Source: Planctomycetota bacterium (lineage in GTDB: Bacteria > Planctomycetota > SZUA-567 > H5-PLA8). Taken from it: a DNA stretch of 64,000 nucleotides. The stretch lies in contig JBBRPR010000001.1 of NCBI GenBank assembly GCA_038227875.1, forward strand, positions 224,001-288,000. Reading direction: 5' to 3'. The translations under genes and the position numbers were made by a program. The notes beneath the pieces are model-generated. The model was not told the origin of the DNA. It made no database searches and was given only the letters and a program-made list of their open reading frames with translations. This document shows, piece by piece, positions 19,475 through 27,651 of this stretch. The stretch's first letter is position 1, and each line of letters opens with the position of its first letter.

Positions 19475-20356
19475 TTACTCCCACAGCGTGGAACTGTGTT
19501 TGAGCTGCTTGCCCAGGTCGAGGATGCGCTGATGTTCCGGTTCCGGCACGCGGAACTTCTCGGGCGCGATGCTGCAGTTAAAATCGATCTCGTCAATCTG
19601 CAGATCCAGCGTGTGCGCGGAATTGTGCGACTGCAGGACGATGCGGCCCGGATACATCAAGCCCAGCGCGTCGGCTTCGGGCTGACTATCGCCGGGCATC
19701 TTGTAATCGGCGTACGCCACCGTGCCGACTTCGCGGCCGAATTTATCGTACACTTCCACCGACTCCACTGTCGCCGATTCCGGCGCGACCGTCAGGCGAC
19801 GTGAACGTTTCCGGATGAAGCCCGGCTTTTCGATGACGCTGATCACTTCGCGGCCGTGTTCGTAGGTCACGCGCCGTTCCAGCGCGTTCTGCGACCACGC
19901 GCGCGGGAAGAACAGATCGCGGCAGGCTCCGACGTGGGCCAGCAACGAGAGCTGGCATTCGGCGGCGTTAAGCAATTCCTGGCGGTCGCCGCGGAAGAAG
20001 CGGCTCTTGCGCGGCAGCCACACGTCCATCTGACCGTTGAAGCAACCCAGGTCGAGAATGGTCTGCCCAGTCGTCGCCTTGATCTGCAGGCGCAGGTTGC
20101 CGTTCTTGTCGCCGAGGTACGTGCCGACGAGCTGGAAATCCTTGTTCTTCTCGCTGTCGTGAAGCGTGACGTTCAAGCTGGCTGCGACGCTGTCGGCGGC
20201 GAGGTGGCGTTCATCGAGCTCTTCGACGACCTTGACCAGCGGGGCGCGCATGTAACAGATGCGGTCGCCGTTGGGGCCGTAGACGGCTTCATTCATGCGG
20301 CAACCGCAAAGCAGCGGCAGCGCGCAAATCAGCGCCAGCAGCGAAACTTTGCACAT
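19475..20356 (-). CDS. Lipoprotein, LolA/LolB/DUF4292-like fold
   Basis: Lipobox 'LPLLCG-C'; 'GNLRLQIKATTGQTILDL...MDVWLPRKSRFFRG', 'VAYADYK...YPGRI...IAPEKFRVP'; start could be 20374 or 20389. Confidence 0.65.
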   Translation of the reverse strand: MCKVSLLALICALPLLCGCRMNEAVYGPNGDRICYMRAPLVKVVEELDERHLAADSVAASLNVTLHDSEKNKDFQLVGTYLGDKNGNLRLQIKATTGQTILDLGCFNGQMDVWLPRKSRFFRGDRQELLNAAECQLSLLAHVGACRDLFFPRAWSQNALERRVTYEHGREVISVIEKPGFIRKRSRRLTVAPESATVESVEVYDKFGREVGTVAYADYKMPGDSQPEADALGLMYPGRIVLQSHNSAHTLDLQIDEIDFNCSIAPEKFRVPEPEHQRILDLGKQLKHSSTLWE

Positions 20357-20912
20357 GTTACCGGTGAATGGCATCAACAACTTCCCCAATTGGAATTCGG
20401 GCCGGAAATGGAGGTCCGATATTCTTTACTGTATCGTATTTCTTGTTCGGAAAACTCTACCGAAATCCAAGCACCGAAACAAGTAGAATCATGTGGCAAA
20501 GGACAGACCGCCGACATTTCCCCTTCTTCACGTAAATACAATGTGCAACACACGAAGCGTTAACTCAGCTCACGTATATCCATGCGTGTGGCTGGTGAAA
20601 GCTCCGGGCTCGCTCGAAAATCCCGACCCCAGATCTTAAACCGGCCCCCATTCTATCTTTAGCACTATGTATCGAACTCTATCTGACACGCAGTTATGGC
20701 ATTAGCTGAACCAAGCGTGGGTTATACGAGCCCGATTCAGGTTATCGGGCTCACCCAAGTTTTCGGTGTCACGAATTCCCTTTACTAACCCTACAGCTCT
20801 CCAAAACTCCTCAACTTTCCGACGACCTCTATAGCAATTGATGCTAGGGTTATCCACCGACAGTGTCCGCTTTAAGCACTTCAAATCCAAACATCCCAGG
20901 AGCGATTTTCGA

Positions 20913-21206
20913 ATGGACATTCGCGAATTCCAAACCCTCATGGCTAAAACCTACCTCAAAAAGGATCAGGAACGCGGCACGCCCGCCACATTTATGTGGT
21001 TCATGGAAGAAGTCGGCGAATTGGCGACGGCGTTGCGTGAAGGAACAATCGAGGAGCAGCGCGGTGAGTTCGCCGATGTTTACGCATGGCTGATGACCTT
21101 GGCCAATCTCGCCGGTGTGGACATGACAGAAGCGCTGCAAAAATATGGAAGCGGATGCTGTGGCTGCAAGACTATACCGTGTTCGTGCGTCGGCGAAAAA
21201 CCGTAG
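20913..21206 (+). CDS. Small MazG-like nucleotide pyrophosphohydrolase
   Basis: 'WFMEEVGELA...EFADVYAWL..LAN'; C-terminal Cys cluster. Confidence 0.88.
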   Translation: MDIREFQTLMAKTYLKKDQERGTPATFMWFMEEVGELATALREGTIEEQRGEFADVYAWLMTLANLAGVDMTEALQKYGSGCCGCKTIPCSCVGEKP

Positions 21207-21245
21207 CGTTACGTCGACCAACCCGTTGACTTCGCAGTTTTGCGG

Positions 21246-23282
21246 GTGGACAATACGTGCTGCGAGTTCGCCGGAAGGCCGCAATGGCAGGAGCGCCATC
21301 ACGTGCTGCTGACACCGTCTCAATCGCGGATCCATGCCGTGAGCGCCCGGGTGCTTCTAGCGGCTGGATTGTTCGTGGTGGGACGCCTTTATTTTCTGCC
21401 GCTCACCGAAAATCTCAACGCCTTCTTTTGGACCGGCAGTTTCCTGATCGTCGGTACGCTCTGCTTTGGCGGAATGCTCCGGCGCCTGGCCGCCCAATGG
21501 CATTTTCAAACCCGTGTCCGCGCGGCGCTGCCCGGATCCGGCTCCGATCTCGATCGCCTCACCGCCGCCGCGACCACCCTGCGCGATGGCCACGAAGAAC
21601 GCGCGCTCTACATTTTGCAGAACATGACCTTTAAAGCGCCGGAAGCTTCTGTTTTCCGCGCACGCGATTGGCTTCAGGCGCTTTCCGCCGTCCGCTGGAT
21701 TTCGCGGCAGAAGCCGGGCCGCCCGCTCTCGGGGCTCTACCAGCGCTTTCCGCAGATCCACGCGCTGATCTTCAGCGCCGACACCAATCACATTCCCGTG
21801 CGACAGGATGGGTTGAGCCGCGAACTGGCGTCCGTGACCGCCGCCGAACTCGATGCCCTCGCCCGTGAATACCTGTTGCTGGTCGACACGTTGATCGAAT
21901 CCCTCGACCAGCGCGCCGCTCCGTTTTCCAATGAGGCCGAGCACCTGCTGGCCGTCTGCACGGGTAAGACGTTCACATTGAACGTGCGTCAGCGTTTCGT
22001 GGTGTGGTGGGGCGCATTCCGTCCGGTGTTGAAGCACGGCGGCGGCGCGGTGCTGACGGCCATGCGCCTGATTCAGCGCGAACGGTATTCGGAAGCCGCG
22101 GCGTTGCTGGCGCGAATGGAAGAAGGCGGCATGCTCTCGGCCGAGGCCGACACCCTGCACCGCGCGGCGTCGTTCCTGTCGCTCTTCGCACGGCCGCTCT
22201 GGCGCATGACCGGCGCCGACATTCCACGCTACTTCAAAGATGGTTGCTACTATCTCGCCAGCGAAATGGGCGTGCTCCGTTATCCCACCGCCGAACTTCC
22301 CGAAGTCGGCCGCTGCTGTTCGCGCGCGCAATTTCATCACGACGCCAAGCGCCGCCTGATCGACGACGCATTGGAACTGTGGCAGGCCACCGGCGACGAA
22401 CTGGCCGGCCCGCTGGCGCTGCTGCTCAAGCGGTTGCTCGAACACAAAGGCCCGCGCTGTTCAGAACGCTTGAGCTTCTGGCAGGAATCGTGGCAGGGCG
22501 TGAAGGGAAATTTTGAGCAGTCGACGCTGCTGCTGATGCGCGGTGTGGCCGCGGCTTCAAGCGGCAAGTATGACGTCGCCGCAAAACACTTTGCGCAGGT
22601 CGCGGCTCTGGAACCGACCTCCAGCGTGCCGCTGGTCAACCAGGTTCAGATGCTCTACCTCAGCGGGCGCAACGAACGCGCTCAGACGCTTTCCGCCGAA
22701 CTCGTCCGCCGTTTCCCGCGCGATGGCTCGATGCTGGTCGCGCTCGGCCGCCTGGCGCTGCAGAAGAACGACACCGAACGCGCGGAGAAATTGCTGATCC
22801 AGGCGCTCGATTTCCTCGAGCCGCCCACTGAAGCGCTGATCTGGCTGGGCGAGGTGAAACTCGCCGACGGGCTCTATCTCGAGAGCCAGCATTACTACGA
22901 TTACGCCAAGCAGCTCGACGACAACCTGCCCGAACCGAAATTCGGCCTCGCGCGCATTTACATGGAGACGCAGCGCTTTGATCTGGCCATCGACAATCTC
23001 AATTCCATCGCCAACAGCGGCCCCGGCGCCGCGCGCGACCTGGCGCATTACATGCTCTACCGCGCCTACCGGCAGAAAGGCGAGGACGCGCGCGCCTTCG
23101 AGTGCCTCGACAAAATCCCGCAGCAGTTCTTTAAAGAACCCGACCTGCTCGACGATATCGCCGTCCACCTGGAAGGCGAAAAGCACTACACCAAAGCCCG
23201 CGAATTCGCCGAACGCGCGATGATCCTGCGCGCCGGAGAGCGCTCCGACAATGACGACGGAGATACGTTGAGCGCGATCTAG
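21246..23282 (+). CDS. Membrane-anchored TPR protein
   Basis: Two N-terminal TM helices and several C-terminal TPR-like repeats; start uncertain. Confidence 0.75.
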   Translation: MDNTCCEFAGRPQWQERHHVLLTPSQSRIHAVSARVLLAAGLFVVGRLYFLPLTENLNAFFWTGSFLIVGTLCFGGMLRRLAAQWHFQTRVRAALPGSGSDLDRLTAAATTLRDGHEERALYILQNMTFKAPEASVFRARDWLQALSAVRWISRQKPGRPLSGLYQRFPQIHALIFSADTNHIPVRQDGLSRELASVTAAELDALAREYLLLVDTLIESLDQRAAPFSNEAEHLLAVCTGKTFTLNVRQRFVVWWGAFRPVLKHGGGAVLTAMRLIQRERYSEAAALLARMEEGGMLSAEADTLHRAASFLSLFARPLWRMTGADIPRYFKDGCYYLASEMGVLRYPTAELPEVGRCCSRAQFHHDAKRRLIDDALELWQATGDELAGPLALLLKRLLEHKGPRCSERLSFWQESWQGVKGNFEQSTLLLMRGVAAASSGKYDVAAKHFAQVAALEPTSSVPLVNQVQMLYLSGRNERAQTLSAELVRRFPRDGSMLVALGRLALQKNDTERAEKLLIQALDFLEPPTEALIWLGEVKLADGLYLESQHYYDYAKQLDDNLPEPKFGLARIYMETQRFDLAIDNLNSIANSGPGAARDLAHYMLYRAYRQKGEDARAFECLDKIPQQFFKEPDLLDDIAVHLEGEKHYTKAREFAERAMILRAGERSDNDDGDTLSAI

Positions 23283-23337
23283 CGAATCTCGGAATGGCGA
23301 ATGTTGAAAAAGGAAAAGCGAACAACGAAAATGGATT
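23281..23337. repeat. Degenerate heptamer array filling a convergent intergenic gap
   Basis: AGCGAAT (C) TCGGAAT GGCGAAT GTTGAAA AAGGAAA AGCGAAC AACGAAA ATGGATT. Confidence 0.6.
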
Positions 23338-24949
23338 AGTGCAGCACGCCCCAGCGTGACGGTGGCCATAGAATCGCGGAGGCGCGGCCGCTGAAGTGGT
23401 TGCGGGGGACGAAGCCCCAAATTCTACCGTCTGCCGAGGACGGAGAATTGTCGCCGAGCATCAGGTATTCTTCCTGCGGAATCTGAAGCACCATCATGCC
23501 GTCCTCGAAAAAGCGCTTGTTGTGTTCGCGCTCTGAAATTCCGGCGTTGGGATTGGTGCGATAGTTGGAGACCATTGGCAGGTAGTAAAGATCGCGAGCC
23601 AGTTCCAGCCGCGTGATCGTGCCGCGCACGCCGCTGAGCGTGATGCGCGCGAGGCTCTGCAGATGGTCGGCGAGTTTGCCGGGCGGATCGACGTTGATCG
23701 CGCGGCGTTCGATCTCTTTTCCATCCAAAAGTGCAATGACCGTGGCGTCGACGTACGCGAGCGACAGCGCGTGCTTGCCGGGCGTGAGCGCTGCGGTGGC
23801 CGCCGTCACGGGATGAACTATGGCCGTATCCGCGCGGACTTCCGTCGACGGGATTTCCCAGCTCGCGCAGTGTAAATCGCTGCCGACGTCGAGCCTCACT
23901 GCACCGCCGGCGTTTTCGACGAGCAGTGCCACCTCGAGCTTCAAATCGCCGACGACCGAATCGCCGCCGCAAAAGTACGAACCTGTCTCGCGCGTTTCCA
24001 GCGGCTTGAGCGCCGCGCCGGCGATCGGCGTGGTATTGGCAGGGAACATCAGCGCGTGGCAGCGCGGGCATTGAATGCCATCGCCCGTGGCCGTCACGCA
24101 CGCCGTCATTCCCGGCGCATTGCCCGCGGGACAATTGATGTGCTGGAACGGCCAACGCCCGGGCTTCACCATCAGGTTCGTCACGGGATATGCGTAGTTC
24201 AGCGTTACGGGCGCGGAGCCATCGAGCTCCACGCTGTGCGCGCCGAGTGTCGCGCCGGCGGTTCCGGGCTCCGCGCCGGTCCATGGGAAATCAAGCCGTG
24301 CACGGTCGGCGCTGGAGAGTTGCGTGTGAAATGTCTGCGGCCAGGCCTTGGAGACCGGCTGCCACAGCGCGTCCTGAAGGTCGGGCCTGTCGGCTTTGCG
24401 GAGGATCTCGTATTTCTCGGTGGTTGGATTCAAGCGGAAGAGATCGCCGCCGGAAATGCAGACCGTCTCGCCCGGCAGCCCGGCGACGCGTTTGACGTAG
24501 TTGATCTTCGCGTTGGGTTCGTTCGGATTGTCCCACGCGCTTTCGTGAGTGAAAACCGCGATGTCGAAGCGTTGCGGTTCGTCGGCGAAACTGGAGTGCG
24601 CGGCGCAAAAGCCGATCGTCAGCACGATCGCGGCCATCACGGGAATCGAGAATCGCAATCGCCACTCGCGGCGCGTATGTCCGTGCAGCCACGCGCCGCC
24701 GAGCAGTAGCAGAAACGTGGCGAGCACCACGATGCCCTTCCAGATCGGTTCATACGCCAGTTCGTTCACGAAGATGCGGTCGCCGTGGTCGGGATGCCCG
24801 GCCAGGGTCGGTTCCATCGAACCGGTGGGGACTTTCATCACGTCGCAGACCAGGAATTTGAAGAACAGGAGCACGATGAACCATTTGAATTCCAACAGGA
24901 AGTCGAGGCCCTGCTGCAACCATTTTCGGCGATTGTCCGGATTTCCCAT
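23336..24949 (-). CDS. lepB: Signal peptidase I with large insertion
   Basis: Catalytic Ser 'VPTGSMEPTL', Lys 'NYVKRVAGLPGE', 'YLMLGDNSPSSADGRIWG'. Confidence 0.9.
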   Translation of the reverse strand: MGNPDNRRKWLQQGLDFLLEFKWFIVLLFFKFLVCDVMKVPTGSMEPTLAGHPDHGDRIFVNELAYEPIWKGIVVLATFLLLLGGAWLHGHTRREWRLRFSIPVMAAIVLTIGFCAAHSSFADEPQRFDIAVFTHESAWDNPNEPNAKINYVKRVAGLPGETVCISGGDLFRLNPTTEKYEILRKADRPDLQDALWQPVSKAWPQTFHTQLSSADRARLDFPWTGAEPGTAGATLGAHSVELDGSAPVTLNYAYPVTNLMVKPGRWPFQHINCPAGNAPGMTACVTATGDGIQCPRCHALMFPANTTPIAGAALKPLETRETGSYFCGGDSVVGDLKLEVALLVENAGGAVRLDVGSDLHCASWEIPSTEVRADTAIVHPVTAATAALTPGKHALSLAYVDATVIALLDGKEIERRAINVDPPGKLADHLQSLARITLSGVRGTITRLELARDLYYLPMVSNYRTNPNAGISEREHNKRFFEDGMMVLQIPQEEYLMLGDNSPSSADGRIWGFVPRNHFSGRASAILWPPSRWGVLH

Positions 24950-25118
24950 GGATTCCAGTCTCCCGATTTGTATGGGTAAGACGCGTCCCGCGTCAGGGAC
25001 TTGTCCGAAAACTGCCAAAATGCAGTTGCCCCCGACCCCGTACGACGCTTTGATTCCTCCCGCGTTCTGTTAAAACAATGCAAACGAGGCACCTTGGGGT
25101 AAGGGGTTTAGACGACAC

Positions 25119-25820
25119 GTGGACGATCGAGTCATTGCCATAGACGGGCCCGCGGGCAGCGGTAAATCAACGGCTGCGCGGCGGTTGGCCGATGCGCTGG
25201 GCTACACGCATCTCAATACCGGAGCGATGTATCGCGCGGTGGCGTTTCTGGCGACGGAAGGCGGCATCGATCTGGTCGACGAGAAGAAAAAATCCGTCAT
25301 CGCCAACATCGCCCGCAAGATGGAATTCGAGTACCGCATCATCGGGACCAAGCAGCACTTCTTCGTCAACGGCGCCGACCACACCGAAGAACTCTTCCGC
25401 GCAACGCTGACGGCGCAGCTCAAGCCGGTGGTGAACAACCTCGACGTCCGCGAAGCCCTCGTCCAGAAAATGCGCACGGCCGTGGAGCGCTTCCTGGCCT
25501 CCGGCGCCAAGGGCGTCGTGATGGAAGGCCGTGACATTGGCACCGTGGTCTTCCCCAACGCTGTGCTCAAGTTCTACATTCATGCCGACCTGGATGCCCG
25601 CACACACCGCCGCGCCAAGGAATTGATTTCACGCGGCGAGGAAGTTGATTTCGAAGGCCTGCGCAAACAGATTCAATACCGCGACGACGCCGACAAGCAG
25701 CGCGAAGTGGGCGGCCTTAAACAGGCTCCCGACGCGATCGACCTCGACACGACGCATCTGGATCTGGATGCGACGCTGCGCAAGCTGCTCGATGACGTTC
25801 ACGCGAAAGCGAAGAAGTAA
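25119..25820 (+). CDS. cmk: Cytidylate kinase
   Basis: 'IAIDGPAGSGKST', 'TGAMYRA', 'MEGRDIGTVVFP'. Confidence 0.96.
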   Translation: MDDRVIAIDGPAGSGKSTAARRLADALGYTHLNTGAMYRAVAFLATEGGIDLVDEKKKSVIANIARKMEFEYRIIGTKQHFFVNGADHTEELFRATLTAQLKPVVNNLDVREALVQKMRTAVERFLASGAKGVVMEGRDIGTVVFPNAVLKFYIHADLDARTHRRAKELISRGEEVDFEGLRKQIQYRDDADKQREVGGLKQAPDAIDLDTTHLDLDATLRKLLDDVHAKAKK

Positions 25821-25840
25821 AGCAGGCAGTCCATCGGAAC

Positions 25841-25863
25841 TCCGGGCGAGCCGCCCGGACTAC
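25841..25863 (-). repeat. Single GTAG-type REP-like hairpin (may also act as terminator)
   Basis: Minus strand GTAG-TCCGGGCG-GCT-CGCCCGGA between convergent cmk and clpS. Confidence 0.5.
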
Positions 25864-25878
25864 AAAAAGCCCGCCACT

Positions 25879-26190
25879 TCATTCCGGTTCGTACGTGAAC
25901 ATCAGCGGAAACTTCTGCGTGCGGGCGAGGGAATGCGCCTGTTGTGAGCGCAGTTCTGCCTGCTCCAGCGGCAGGACCGTCACCAGCGCGATGCCGGTTT
26001 TGTGCGCGACGATCATGATTTCGGCGGCGTCCTGGATGTTTTTCTTGAACACTTCCATCAGCACATAAACGACGAACTCCATCGGCGTGATGTCGTCGTT
26101 GTGAATCAGGATCTTGTACATCGGCGTGAGCCGCGGCTTGATCTCCGTGACCTGTTTGGGCTCAATCACCGCCGGCTTGGTGTCGCTCAT
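25879..26190 (-). CDS. clpS: ATP-dependent Clp protease adaptor ClpS
   Basis: 'YKILIHNDDITPMEFVV.VL..VF...AHKTG.A...FPLMFTYEPE'. Confidence 0.95.
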   Translation of the reverse strand: MSDTKPAVIEPKQVTEIKPRLTPMYKILIHNDDITPMEFVVYVLMEVFKKNIQDAAEIMIVAHKTGIALVTVLPLEQAELRSQQAHSLARTQKFPLMFTYEPE

Positions 26191-27425
26191 TATTTGTCAG
26201 CCTGCAACGCGCCCTTGTTGGCTTCCCACCAGCGTTCCCATGCGCCACGGCCGTCGTCCCACTTCGGGTGAGGGCGGGGGAGGCAGATCTGCAGGCCGTT
26301 CTTGGCGATTTGGCGCAGGTCGCCGTTCTCGGCGTGCAGGTGCGGAATCAGCGCGTCGGCGATCAGCGCACGTTCGCGCTGGCTCAGCGTCGAGCCGAAA
26401 GTTTTCACTTCGTCTTCGTCGAATTTCTTCTCGTTGCCGCCGCAGGCTTCGACCATGCGTTTGCGGTCGCGGCCCTTGTCGCGCATCGGGGCTTCGCCGC
26501 CGGCGTAGCGCTTGGCGTAGACATCGGCGAGGAAGATCGCCGAGCTGGCGCTGGAGCAGCGCGAGATCAGGCCTTCCAGCTTTTCGATCGCGTCGCGAAT
26601 TTCGCGGCTGGTGAAGAAGCGTTCGGGCGGACCGTCGCCGCCTTCCGGGCCGACGATGCGCCGGCGCACGGAGACGCCGCCGACATCTTTCTCGTAAGGA
26701 ATCAGGACCAGGCGGCCGGTCTCGTAGATGGTGCGATGGGTCTCGAACATGCCGATCGCGGCATCGGGATCGGCGGGGCCGGCGATCTCCTCCCAGAGCT
26801 CCACCTTGGTCAGCATGTCAGTCGGATCGTTGTATGCCTGCGCGATCAGCGCATTGACCTGCGGACGGGCTTTGCGCAGTTCGCGGCCGACGCCGGCGTG
26901 TTCACCGTGCTTGAAGTCGCGGATGAGGGCGCGCAGACGTTCCTGCTCGGCGGCGGGAAGTTTGTAGCTGAAGCCCGCGTACGGATCGCGCGGACCGGCC
27001 GGCGCGGGAGCCGGTGCAAGCTCGGGACCCGGACCACGCGGCGCGGGCTGGCGCGGCTGAGGCGGAATCGGCGGCTGCGGCGGAATGGCCGGTTCCGGTG
27101 GGCGCGGGGGTTCGGGCGGAGCCGGCGGCGCCTTTGGTTCAGGCTGCGGAGCTGGAGCCGGGGATTTGGGCGCAGGTGTGGCGACCGCTCCACCCTTGGG
27201 TGCGAAGCGGCCCTGGTCGTCGATGTTCTGCTTGACGTAGTCGGCCTGTTCTTCGGTCAGCGTGCCAGCCTGGACGAAGATGTCGACCTTCTCCGGCGAG
27301 AGCGGCTCGAGGCGGTGGATCTGCTCCACCTTGGCCGGTTCGATGGTGACATCCGCGGCGCGCACGGAATTGGAATACGCGGCCAGTGAACAAAGAGCAG
27401 CTATGAGTGCGGCAGTGCGAAGCAT
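26190..27425 (-). CDS. Secreted Pro-rich hypothetical protein
   Basis: Signal peptide, Pro-rich linker, C-terminal WERWWEAN; TAATG overlap with clpS. Confidence 0.75.
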   Translation of the reverse strand: MLRTAALIAALCSLAAYSNSVRAADVTIEPAKVEQIHRLEPLSPEKVDIFVQAGTLTEEQADYVKQNIDDQGRFAPKGGAVATPAPKSPAPAPQPEPKAPPAPPEPPRPPEPAIPPQPPIPPQPRQPAPRGPGPELAPAPAPAGPRDPYAGFSYKLPAAEQERLRALIRDFKHGEHAGVGRELRKARPQVNALIAQAYNDPTDMLTKVELWEEIAGPADPDAAIGMFETHRTIYETGRLVLIPYEKDVGGVSVRRRIVGPEGGDGPPERFFTSREIRDAIEKLEGLISRCSSASSAIFLADVYAKRYAGGEAPMRDKGRDRKRMVEACGGNEKKFDEDEVKTFGSTLSQRERALIADALIPHLHAENGDLRQIAKNGLQICLPRPHPKWDDGRGAWERWWEANKGALQADK

Positions 27426-27651
27426 GCGGGATGAATCTCCAAGTGCGACGTGACGAAAAGCCCTGCAATCAGACGCGGCAGCAGCTTCAAGCCATCATAA
27501 TTTTACCGCTAAGGTGCGGCAGGTCATTTCTATTTTCCATTTTACGAACGTGGTTTCCCAATTGTCTAAAGGTGTTACAAAAGTAAGGGCCGATTTAGCC
27601 CATAGCCTGCAAGGTCGCCCTATACATTAATGAACGGTGGGAGATACCCCA

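Noticed and set aside
20850..20858. DnaA-box-like TTATCCACC, possible oriC
   Set aside because: Single mismatched box, no cluster, and no dnaA/dnaN context.
20913..23282. MazG + TPR as an anti-phage system
   Set aside because: The small MazG looks like the house-cleaning type, and the context (lepB, cmk) is housekeeping, with no defence or mobility genes.
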